Source: an uncultured bacterium
GTDB taxonomy: Bacteria > Patescibacteriota > Minisyncoccia > Phycocordibacterales > GWA1-40-21
DNA: 64,000 nucleotides
Direction of reading: 5' to 3'
Assembly: GCA_903823865.1 (NCBI GenBank)
Contig: CAIJUJ010000021.1
Coordinates: 6,732-70,731, forward strand
This document shows, piece by piece, positions 1-7,126 of this stretch (position 1 is the stretch's first letter; the number at the start of each line of letters is the position of its first letter). The notes beneath the pieces are model-generated. The model saw only the letters and a list, made by a program, of their open reading frames with translations, searched no databases and was not told where the DNA came from. Position numbers and translations under genes: made by a program.

Positions 1-252
1 CTGTTACATACAATTTCTTCCGCTACAATTGCATTGTTTATTAGTTATAATTTTTTTGACAAAAAAGTTGAAAAAACGGTTTATACAGTTTTAGGTATTA
101 TTGTAGCCGTTTTTGTACACGGGGCATTCAATTATTTTATGCTGGGGAACCAAGGTGCATCTGTTACTGCATTGGAACTTATTTGGATTGCTGTTATAAT
201 AGTTCTTATAGCCTTTGAAAAAATTAAGAAAATTAAACTCGAAAAAATTTAA
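1..252 (+). CDS. C-terminal fragment of a multi-pass membrane protein (possibly PrsW/CPBP-like intramembrane protease); reading frame is open from base 1
   Basis: Frame-1 ORF runs from the window edge with no stop; hydrophobic segments; 'FVHGAFNYF' His-containing C-terminal motif. Confidence 0.3.
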   Translation: MLHTISSATIALFISYNFFDKKVEKTVYTVLGIIVAVFVHGAFNYFMLGNQGASVTALELIWIAVIIVLIAFEKIKKIKLEKI

Positions 253-285
253 TTTTATATTTATTAGATTAATTATTTTAAATAA

Positions 286-735
286 ATGAAGAAAAAATCT
301 TTTTTTGAAAAACTGACTGGGATAATTAGAGTTGATGATGATAAACAAGAACTTGAAGCCGAAAGTGATATCGAAAATGAACTTCTAGATGCTGAATCAG
401 AAGAAGAAGGTCAACTCGCTGTTGATATGTATCAAACTCCATCAGAAATAATCATAAAAACGATGATTGCAGGTGTTAAACAGGAAGATTTAGACATTTC
501 TATTACAAGAGATATGGTTGTGATAAAAGGACATAGAGAAGAGTCAAACGACACACTCGGGAATGATTATTTTCACAAAGAATTATATTGGGGTTCATTT
601 TCAAGAACAATAATTCTTCCACAGGAAATTAATGTTGATGAATCTGAAGCGATAAATAAAAATGGTTTACTTGTAATAAGGATGCCAAAGATAGACAAAC
701 ACCGACAAGCGAAATTAAAGATAAAAAGTGCGTAA
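286..735 (+). CDS. Hsp20/alpha-crystallin family small heat-shock protein
   Basis: ACD-like C-terminal half with 'GLLVIRMPK' and acidic N-terminus; followed by a terminator. Confidence 0.85.
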   Translation: MKKKSFFEKLTGIIRVDDDKQELEAESDIENELLDAESEEEGQLAVDMYQTPSEIIIKTMIAGVKQEDLDISITRDMVVIKGHREESNDTLGNDYFHKELYWGSFSRTIILPQEINVDESEAINKNGLLVIRMPKIDKHRQAKLKIKSA

Positions 736-737
736 AA

Positions 738-771
738 TAAAAACTCCCCGTAACTTACTGGGGAGTTTTAT
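738..771. terminator. rho-independent terminator (bidirectional)
   Basis: ctcccc-gtaacttact-ggggag hairpin flanked by an A-run and a T-run. Confidence 0.7.
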
Positions 772-773
772 AT

Positions 774-1220
774 TCACCATCCAAAACGTTTTTTATGATT
801 TTTTCTACGAGCATTTTCATGCTTTTTACAAAGTGTGGAAAACCAGGAATAAATTTCCACTGTTTTACCCGGCTTACCGCATTTTTCGCATGTTTTATAA
901 GAAAGACCCTCTGCCTCACGGACGTATTCTTCGAATTCTTCTGGGGAGCATGTCGTATAATATCTTAGCCCGCCATATTTTTCCTTTATATCTGTAACGT
1001 TGTACATTTCGTACCGCTCAGGATTTTTGTCGTACACGGCTTTAATTTTTGTACACATATCCCATATTAACTTATACCAGCCCATTCCAACCAAAGGATA
1101 GTAAAATTCGCGAGATTTCCATATTTTTTTACCACCTTCCAACACAACATATTCCCTGAACCATGGAAATGTATTAACGAGCTTTGTCCACTTCTTTGTT
1201 GCGACATCAATTCTTTTCAT
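774..1220 (-). CDS. hypothetical protein with C-terminal CxxC motif
   Basis: 148-aa ORF; 'CEKCGKPG' near the C-terminus; no family recognised. Confidence 0.45.
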   Translation of the reverse strand: MKRIDVATKKWTKLVNTFPWFREYVVLEGGKKIWKSREFYYPLVGMGWYKLIWDMCTKIKAVYDKNPERYEMYNVTDIKEKYGGLRYYTTCSPEEFEEYVREAEGLSYKTCEKCGKPGKTVEIYSWFSTLCKKHENARRKNHKKRFGW

Positions 1221-1371
1221 TTTTCACCCCCCTATTTTTTAATTACTCATGACAATGCGTAGCATTACGTCTGATTTAAGATTACAATAAATTTAAAATA
1301 GTGCAATATAGAATCAAAGCAGTTTGTTTGACTTTCTTATCACAAAAAATAATGCGAAAGCGTTATTTTTG

Positions 1372-1563
1372 TTGTGCCAAGGGCCGGAATCTCTCCTTCA
1401 CCTTTCATTTCATCGCCACTCAATTCGGGCTAGGCACCAGTTCATTCACCCCGCAAGCTTGCGGGGTATCATTCCGCTGTTCTCGTCCGGACAGAAGCAA
1501 AGCAGTTTGCTTCCTCCCTCAAGCCAATTTTAAAAACACCAAATGTTGGTGTTTTTAAAATTG
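1372..1563 (-). mobile_element. tRNA-3'-linked miniature element, family I (Phe copy): terminator + GAAGCAAA-GCAG-TTTGCTTC hairpin + inverted T-arm copy + 17-nt direct duplicate of the tRNA-Phe 3' end
   Basis: 'ttgtgccaagggccgga' at 1372-1388 duplicates 1561-1577; hairpin 1494-1513; terminator hairpin 1532-1556; 'gttctcgtccggac' is an inverted copy of the T-arm. Confidence 0.5.
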
Positions 1564-1636
1564 TGCCAAGGGCCGGACTCGAACCGGCGACCACATCCTC
1601 TTCAGGGACATGCTCTACCAACTGAGCTACCTTGGC
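1564..1636 (-). tRNA. tRNA-Phe (GAA)
   Basis: Manual cloverleaf: acceptor GCCAAGG/CCTTGGC, D GCTC-AGTTGGTA-GAGC, anticodon loop CUGAAGA, T GCCGG-TTCGAGT-CCGGC. Confidence 0.9.
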
Positions 1637-1707
1637 AATGACAATTTGTTTAATTGTTATTTTAGATATTACACTATTTAGTAGAAAAATTCTAGGGTTA
1701 AATCAAT

Positions 1708-1974
1708 TTATTTTATTATATTCGTTATAGAAGTAGGAATTTTACTTGTTACCGATTTAACACTATTTATATTACCTTGTAAGTTCTGGTATGCTTTAAG
1801 CGCAGCATCTAAATACGGTTGAATGAAATTATATGCGATGACTGCTACGACAATAATTATTATCCAATAAATAATCCTGAGGATTGAAGACCAGCGATTT
1901 GCTCGTCTCATCCCCTTGAGCATATGGTTGTTTTCTTTTACTAAATCGTAAATTTCTTTTTCGTTTGGGTTCAT
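1708..1974 (-). CDS. small membrane protein, hypothetical
   Basis: 88-aa ORF with one strong TM helix. Confidence 0.4.
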   Translation of the reverse strand: MNPNEKEIYDLVKENNHMLKGMRRANRWSSILRIIYWIIIIVVAVIAYNFIQPYLDAALKAYQNLQGNINSVKSVTSKIPTSITNIIK

Positions 1975-1997
1975 AGAAAGATTATATCATAAAGTTG

Positions 1998-2069
1998 TGC
2001 CGCCAGTAAGAATCGAACTTACATCTATCCCTTAGGACGGGACTGTTCTATCCATTGAACTATGGCGAC
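1998..2069 (-). tRNA. tRNA-Arg (CCT)
   Basis: Manual fold: acceptor GTCGCCA/TGGCGGC, anticodon loop GUCCUAA, T GTAAG-TTCGATT-CTTAC, A73. Confidence 0.75.
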
Positions 2070-2103
2070 AGGCTATGAGAAATATAGCACAAAATAACTA
2101 ATC

Positions 2104-2149
2104 AAAAAAACCGCCTGCCTGCGCAGGCAGGTTTTTAGGCGGTTTTTTA
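2104..2149. terminator. bidirectional rho-independent terminator
   Basis: ccgcc-tgcctgcgcaggcag-...-ggcgg nested palindrome with an A-run and a T-run. Confidence 0.7.
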
Positions 2150-2150
2150 T

Positions 2151-2390
2151 TTATTTAATTTCTAGCAATTCCCTCAATCTGTCTTCATCAAAACCCTTGA
2201 CCATTTCATCATCAACAAATATTACTGGAACGCCCATCTGTCCACTCCTTTCTACCATTTCTTTTCTTTTAACTAAATCTGTTTGCACGTTAAATACTTC
2301 ATAAGAAATATTGTAATCATGAAAAAAATCCTTTGCTAAATTACAATAATGACAAGTTGGTGTTGAATACATTACTACTTTTTTTTGCAT
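2151..2390 (-). CDS. glutaredoxin-like protein (NrdH/Grx family, CHYC active site)
   Basis: 79 aa; 'TCHYC' redox motif in the N-terminal beta-alpha unit; thioredoxin-fold size. Confidence 0.8.
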   Translation of the reverse strand: MQKKVVMYSTPTCHYCNLAKDFFHDYNISYEVFNVQTDLVKRKEMVERSGQMGVPVIFVDDEMVKGFDEDRLRELLEIK

Positions 2391-2460
2391 ATTTTTATTT
2401 ATTAACTTATAACTTTTTTATTATATCATAAGTTTTAAAAAGCAATACTTAATTTTATTA

Positions 2461-2603
2461 TGTGCGAGTGGCGAGAATTGGCTATTACTTAGCCAGGTGC
2501 TTTTCCGCCTCACTTCGCTCGTATATAAAAGCCTTTCGATTCTCGCCCACAAGCAAAGCAGTTTGCTTGTTCACTCGAATTTAAAAACTAATCGTTTTTA
2601 AAT
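2461..2603 (-). mobile_element. tRNA-3'-linked miniature element, family I (Gly copy)
   Basis: 'tgtgcgagtggcgagaat' at 2461-2478 duplicates the tRNA 3' end at 2604-2621; hairpin CAAGCAAA-GCAG-TTTGCTTG at 2550-2569; 'ttcgattctcgccca' is an inverted T-arm copy; body homologous to the Met copy at 57243. Confidence 0.5.
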
Positions 2604-2605
2604 TG

Positions 2606-2676
2606 TGCGAGTGGCGAGAATCGAACTCGCGCCCGATGCTTGGGAAGCACCAGTTCTACCACTAAACTACACTCGC
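2606..2676 (-). tRNA. tRNA-Gly (CCC)
   Basis: Manual fold: acceptor GCGAGTG/CACTCGC, anticodon loop UUCCCAA, T GCGAG-TTCGATT-CTCGC. Confidence 0.85.
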
Positions 2677-2814
2677 CCGGTAGTAGAATTTGGCATCAAA
2701 AAGTTTTTCAACCAAATTTTTCTACAATTATCTATTCAACTATCAAACTACCTTATAACAACATAAACATCAATATATAACTTTTTAAAAACAATGCCAA
2801 ATTTCACTACGGGG
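2677..2814. mobile_element. MITE-like element with ~20-bp terminal inverted repeats, immediately upstream of tRNA-Gly
   Basis: CCGGTAGTAGAATTTGGCAT (2677-2696) and ATGCCAAATTTCACTACGGGG (2794-2814) are inverted repeats; AT-rich ~100-bp interior; second copy at 6933-7072. Confidence 0.45.
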
Positions 2815-2823
2815 CTCACATGA

Positions 2824-3201
2824 TTATTTAAAAATACTCCAAAAACTTGCCCAAAATCCTTTGTTCCCACTACTATTCTGGCTGGAAGTACTACTGCTGC
2901 CATTTATAACAACAACGACAGTTTCCCCCGGTTTTGCCACATTGAACTTACTTCGTATTTCTTCCTCCACTCCGTTGTCAGTTTTTAATCTGCCTATTTC
3001 TGAATTTAGCATATCCTTTCGTGCATTCAAACTGTCATACTGCTTTTTTATGGTTGCATAATTTTCTGCATTTAACTTGTATTTTTGATAAATATTGTAA
3101 GTTGCTTTTGCTAAAAAAATAATGATAATAAACAAAATTACCAATGTAAATTTTGAATACAGAAACTTATTTAGTTTTTTCTTTTGTTGAAAATCTATCA
3201 T
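2824..3201 (-). CDS. FtsB/DivIC-like septum-formation initiator (TM + coiled coil)
   Basis: N-terminal TM helix, coiled-coil heptads, Ser-rich tail; size typical of the family. Confidence 0.45.
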   Translation of the reverse strand: MIDFQQKKKLNKFLYSKFTLVILFIIIIFLAKATYNIYQKYKLNAENYATIKKQYDSLNARKDMLNSEIGRLKTDNGVEEEIRSKFNVAKPGETVVVVINGSSSTSSQNSSGNKGFWASFWSIFK

Positions 3202-3477
3202 TTTGGTGTATAGTTAGTATATAACATTTTAAAAGAATAATTAACCAATAAAACTTGTCCAGTTAAAAATTCAATGGATGTGAATAAAAAGAGAAATATT
3301 ACTAAATAGTAAAATGTAAATGAGTCGAAATAGTTTAATAATTTAAAATTTTGTACTGGGATGCTTTTCCACAAAAAAACTAGAAAATTTATGAAATATG
3401 CTTGGATTGTAATTGGAGCTTTACTAATTCTAAGTATGATTGTGCTTTATTCTCCTTTCTTGAGGTAGTTTAAATTC

Positions 3478-3507
3478 AAAAGGCGGGCCGTAAACGGCCC
3501 GCCTTTT
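3478..3507. terminator. rho-independent terminator downstream of lepA
   Basis: aaaaggcgggccg-taaa-cggcccgcctttt. Confidence 0.8.
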
Positions 3508-3511
3508 GAAT

Positions 3512-5323
3512 TTATTCACTCTTCATCATCTTCAAAAATACATCCTGTGTTATATTTACTTTTCCTCTTTCTTTCATTCTCTTTTTTCCTTTCTTTTGCT
3601 TTTCTCTCAATTTCATTTTTCTCGTAATATCACCTCCGTACAAATAGTCCGTAACATCTTTTTTCATTCCAGAAACAGATCTTGATGCAAGAATTCTTCC
3701 CGTGGCTTTTGCCTGGATTTTAAAATTAAACATTGTTCTTTCAATTGCTCCATGAAGTTTTTCAACTGTTTGGTCAGCTTCCTCTTGCATTCTTCTTCTG
3801 GCAACTATTTTACAAAATGCTGGAACTGGTTCATCCGCAACTAAAACCTCCATTTTTACTACATCGGCTTCCTTCATAGGCATTGCTTCATAAGAAATTG
3901 ATGCGTAACCAGAAGTCATACTTTTTAATTCGTTGAAAAAATTTCTCATAAGTTCTCGAAGTGGCATTTCAAGCGTAAGTGATGTTCTATTATCTCCAAA
4001 ACTTTCAGAATCTCCTATTACAGCCTCGTGCTCATAAAGTTGCTGCATTATCGCACCTATATACTGTCCTGGAGTTATAATTCTTACCCTTACCCATGGC
4101 TCCATAACTTTGGCTATCATATGGTCCTCGGGAAATAATGATGGCGAAAAAATCATTTCTTTCTTTCCATTATTAAAAGTTACTTCATAATTTACGCTCG
4201 GTGTTGTGACAATGAGTTGTAAAGTAAATTCTCTTTTTAATCTCTCAACAATAATTTCCAAATGAAGCATTCCTAAAAATCCACATCGGAATCCTCTTCC
4301 TAATGTTCCGGAAGTTTCTTCGTCAAAAGTAAAAGACGAATCTGAAAGTCTAAGCTTTCCTAGTGCAAGTTTTAACATTGCAAAGTCATCAGCACCTTCT
4401 GGATAAATAGAAGCCCAAACAACTGGTGATGGTCTGAAATATCCATGTAGTGGTGGTTGATTATCATTCACATGAGAAATAGTATCTCCAACAGAAGCAA
4501 TGTCTGATTCTTTAATTCCGGTAGTAATATATCCTATCTCACCTGCAGATAAAGTTTCTGTTGCTAGCTCAGATGGGGAAAAAATACCGACTTCTGTTGC
4601 AGTAAATGATTTTCCAGAAACCTTAAACGTAAGTGGAGTATTTCTTTTTGCTTGTCCATTAAAAACGCGCACAAAAACTGTGACACCACTATGATTTGAA
4701 TATTTAAAATCAAAAACTAAAGCTCTAAAAGATTTTTCATTTATTTCTAATTTATAATTTTCTTCACCAAATTCCCCACGTGGTCCAGGAATTTTTTTTA
4801 TAACTTCATTCAAAAGTTCGGAAACCCCTTCACCTGTTTTTCCGGAAACTTCTAAAATCGTGCTTACATCAATATTTAAAAGTTTTGCAATTTCTTCTTT
4901 GACTTCAGCTGTTCGTGCAAGTGGTGAATCAGTTTTGCTAACAACAGGAATTATCACGAGATTTGATTCTCGTGCCATGTTTAAAGTGGTTAAAGTTTGC
5001 GCTTGAACTCCCTGAGTTGCATCCACTAAAAGTATAGATCCCTCAACGGCTTTTAGTGCCCTAGAAACCTCGTAGGAGAAATCAATATGCCCAGGCGTAT
5101 CAATGAGGTTCATCACATATTCCTCGTTATTTAGGTGCCATTTCATGCGAACTGGCTGCATTTTAATGGTTATTCCACGCTCTCTTTCAAGCTCCATACT
5201 ATCAAGAACCTGGTCCATCATTTTGCGTTTTTCTATGGTGTTTGTAATCTCAAGCATACGATCTGCTAGGGTCGATTTTCCGTGGTCTATATGCGCTATA
5301 ATACTAAAATTGCGTATATTCAT
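3512..5323 (-). CDS. lepA: elongation factor 4 (LepA)
   Basis: 603 aa; G-domain 'AHIDHGKST', 'DTPGHIDF'; LepA-specific C-terminal domain. Confidence 0.95.
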   Translation of the reverse strand: MNIRNFSIIAHIDHGKSTLADRMLEITNTIEKRKMMDQVLDSMELERERGITIKMQPVRMKWHLNNEEYVMNLIDTPGHIDFSYEVSRALKAVEGSILLVDATQGVQAQTLTTLNMARESNLVIIPVVSKTDSPLARTAEVKEEIAKLLNIDVSTILEVSGKTGEGVSELLNEVIKKIPGPRGEFGEENYKLEINEKSFRALVFDFKYSNHSGVTVFVRVFNGQAKRNTPLTFKVSGKSFTATEVGIFSPSELATETLSAGEIGYITTGIKESDIASVGDTISHVNDNQPPLHGYFRPSPVVWASIYPEGADDFAMLKLALGKLRLSDSSFTFDEETSGTLGRGFRCGFLGMLHLEIIVERLKREFTLQLIVTTPSVNYEVTFNNGKKEMIFSPSLFPEDHMIAKVMEPWVRVRIITPGQYIGAIMQQLYEHEAVIGDSESFGDNRTSLTLEMPLRELMRNFFNELKSMTSGYASISYEAMPMKEADVVKMEVLVADEPVPAFCKIVARRRMQEEADQTVEKLHGAIERTMFNFKIQAKATGRILASRSVSGMKKDVTDYLYGGDITRKMKLREKQKKGKKRMKERGKVNITQDVFLKMMKSE

Positions 5324-5485
5324 AACTATGGTTTAATTTGAAAAACAGACTCAAAAATTGAGATGCTTGTCCCGTAGCTAACTTTTTCCTTCAAAAAAGT
5401 TATGGTACTGGGATGGGCAATAATACTGAAGTTTCGAATATTCATGTTTGTCCATATTAGCAGAAAAATAGTGAAAAATGAAATG

Positions 5486-5516
5486 AAAAAAGCCCCAGCG
5501 CGTGGACGCTGGGGCT
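5486..5516 (-). terminator. rho-independent terminator for ORF 5530-6042
   Basis: agccccagcg-cgtgga-cgctggggct hairpin followed by a T-run on the minus strand. Confidence 0.65.
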
Positions 5517-5529
5517 CGAGTTTGAATCT

Positions 5530-6042
5530 TCACTGTTGGAATATTGATACTGTGATATCATACAGAGCTTCAACAACTTGTTTATTGTATTTTAAGTTCG
5601 GATATTTTCCGAACTTATATTCCTTGAGTTTGGTGTCAAGGATACTATAATACTTCTTGGATATTCCATCTCTATTAAAATGGAATTCTCCTGTTCTTAA
5701 ACAATAAAGCAGGGAGTTGATAAAATATCTTCCCTGTTCTATGCTTCTTGTTACATAATCGAGTTTGTCTTTATGGTTGTGAACTTTAACAATTACTAAA
5801 TCTGAATCGTAATTTTTTGTTAAATCTGTCCCATCTCTTGAACCGATTGAGACAGCCCACTCTACGTCATTTACTTTAAAAAAAGCTACTTTGCTATATA
5901 TCATGAAACCTATACTTCCATGATATACCGTGACGACTTCTTGAACCGCCGTCACATTTACTTCTTGGAAATTATATCTCTTTTTTAATGATTGATACAG
6001 TTTTTCCAGTACCTCTCTTGCTGTAATTCCTGACTGCTCCAT
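5530..6042 (-). CDS. hypothetical protein
   Basis: 170-aa ORF with its own terminator and an upstream palindrome; no family recognised. Confidence 0.5.
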   Translation of the reverse strand: MEQSGITAREVLEKLYQSLKKRYNFQEVNVTAVQEVVTVYHGSIGFMIYSKVAFFKVNDVEWAVSIGSRDGTDLTKNYDSDLVIVKVHNHKDKLDYVTRSIEQGRYFINSLLYCLRTGEFHFNRDGISKKYYSILDTKLKEYKFGKYPNLKYNKQVVEALYDITVSIFQQ

Positions 6043-6136
6043 TTAATCCCCCTATTTTTATGCCTTGGATTTGATTTGTCCTTTTGGGACTTCCAAAGCG
6101 AGAACACCTAATCATTTTATAGCATGAAATAAGTTT

Positions 6137-6178
6137 ATTGCAAAGTCTTAATTTTTTTCAAAAGGTTAAGACTTTGCA
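6137..6178. promoter_or_regulatory. perfect 14-bp inverted repeat (TTGCAAAGTCTTAA-N14-TTAAGACTTTGCAA), candidate operator upstream of ORF 5530-6042
   Basis: Exact palindrome arms read directly from the sequence. Confidence 0.4.
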
Positions 6179-6179
6179 A

Positions 6180-6215
6180 CAAAAAACCAGCCGTTGAAAT
6201 TATCTCAGGCTGGCT
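6180..6215 (-). terminator. rho-independent terminator for ORF 6223-6762
   Basis: On the minus strand: agccagcc-...-ggctgg followed by tttttt. Confidence 0.6.
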
Positions 6216-6222
6216 TAATACT

Positions 6223-6762
6223 TTAAACCTTTTTTATATTGGAAAGAGCACTCTTGCTTTTGGAAATGTCTTCAGATATTTCATTTGTTCTTTTTGCGGC
6301 CGCTTCTAGAGTCTTAGACAACATGTCTAAGAAAAAGAAAAAACGAGGGTCGGCTGGATTCTCAGCGAATTCTTTAATATAAGCTTTCGTGAATTCTTCG
6401 CCGAGCTCACGGTACAAAATGTCTATAGCTTTTCCACAGCATTCTTCAATTACTTGCAGGCCTAGAACTCTGTTCACTATGTATGATTGGTCTCTTCTTT
6501 CAGGGTGATTTGTTCCACAAAACTCACATGTGACAGGACCGTATGTTCCATGAGCATCGTTATTCCACCCAAATCCGCCTTCAGGTATTTCACTTTCCCC
6601 AAAAGGTTTAGAAACGATCGGTGCTTTTATATGCATATTGGACCTCCGTCCATCAGAATTTTGAGCTTTAACTTCTAATGAAAGTAAAGCATAGTTAATT
6701 TGGTAAATCAAGAAATTGACGGACATAAAATTCGGGTCCATCACATAAGTGCATCCTAGCAC
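6223..6762 (-). CDS. hypothetical protein (true start possibly Met at ~6636)
   Basis: ORF with 'CEFCGTNHPERRD' Cys/His cluster; the N-terminal 40 aa overlap the tRNA-Tyr terminator region. Confidence 0.45.
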   Translation of the reverse strand: MLGCTYVMDPNFMSVNFLIYQINYALLSLEVKAQNSDGRRSNMHIKAPIVSKPFGESEIPEGGFGWNNDAHGTYGPVTCEFCGTNHPERRDQSYIVNRVLGLQVIEECCGKAIDILYRELGEEFTKAYIKEFAENPADPRFFFFLDMLSKTLEAAAKRTNEISEDISKSKSALSNIKKV

Positions 6763-6773
6763 TTACTCTGGAC

Positions 6774-6812
6774 GCACAAAAATAAAAACGCCATAGAAGC
6801 GTTTTATTTTTG
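6774..6812 (-). terminator. terminator hairpin directly following tRNA-Tyr
   Basis: gcacaaaaataaaaacgc-catagaa-gcgttttatttttgtgc; the stem includes the tRNA 3' nucleotides. Confidence 0.6.
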
Positions 6813-6894
6813 TGCGCCGGGAGGGACTCGAACCCCCGAAGGCCGAAGCCGCAAGATTTACAGTCTCGTGTAATTGCCACTATACGACCGGCGC
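6813..6894 (-). tRNA. tRNA-Tyr (GTA), long variable arm
   Basis: Acceptor GCGCCGG/CCGGCGC, anticodon loop CUGUAAA, variable-arm hairpin GCGGC-UUCG-GCC, A73. Confidence 0.85.
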
Positions 6895-6903
6895 AGTAAA
6901 AAC

Positions 6904-6931
6904 ATAGTATCATTTATTTTTCAGAATTTCA
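6904..6931 (-). promoter_or_regulatory. candidate sigma70-type promoter for tRNA-Tyr (TTGAAA-16-TACTAT)
   Basis: -10 ends ~9 nt before tRNA +1; lies between the MITE-like TIR and the tRNA. Confidence 0.35.
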
Positions 6932-6932
6932 A

Positions 6933-7072
6933 ACCCAGTAGTGAATTTTGGCATTATTTTTTAAAAAATATTTTGTATTCTATTTCTACAATAAAACGTT
7001 TGCAAATATATTAAAAAACAGATTATTTTTGTGAATAAAAAATATTTTTGATGCCAAAATCTACTACAGGGC
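6933..7072. mobile_element. MITE-like element with ~21-bp terminal inverted repeats, upstream of tRNA-Tyr
   Basis: CCCAGTAGTGAATTTTGGCAT (6933-6953) and ATGCCAAAATCTACTACAGGGC (7051-7072); homologous to 2677-2814. Confidence 0.45.
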
Positions 7073-7077
7073 AAACA

Positions 7078-7116
7078 AAGAGGGGTTTCGCTTCGCGAAA
7101 CCCCTCTTTGTTTTTT
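7078..7116. terminator. rho-independent terminator downstream of clpB
   Basis: aaagaggggtttcg-cttc-gcgaaacccctcttt followed by tttttt. Confidence 0.75.
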
Positions 7117-7126
7117 GAATTGTATC

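Noticed and set aside
1301-1558. ORFs 1301-1558 and 1324-1533 (+)
   Set aside because: They lie entirely within the family I repeat element downstream of tRNA-Phe. The sequence is hairpin-rich and conserved at the nucleotide level with the Asp copy, not at the protein level.
5330-6780. Genomic island at the tRNA-Tyr 3' end (two hypotheticals between lepA and tRNA-Tyr)
   Set aside because: No direct repeat of the tRNA-Tyr 3' end is found near 5330-5530 and composition is not distinct. Kept only as ordinary hypothetical genes.
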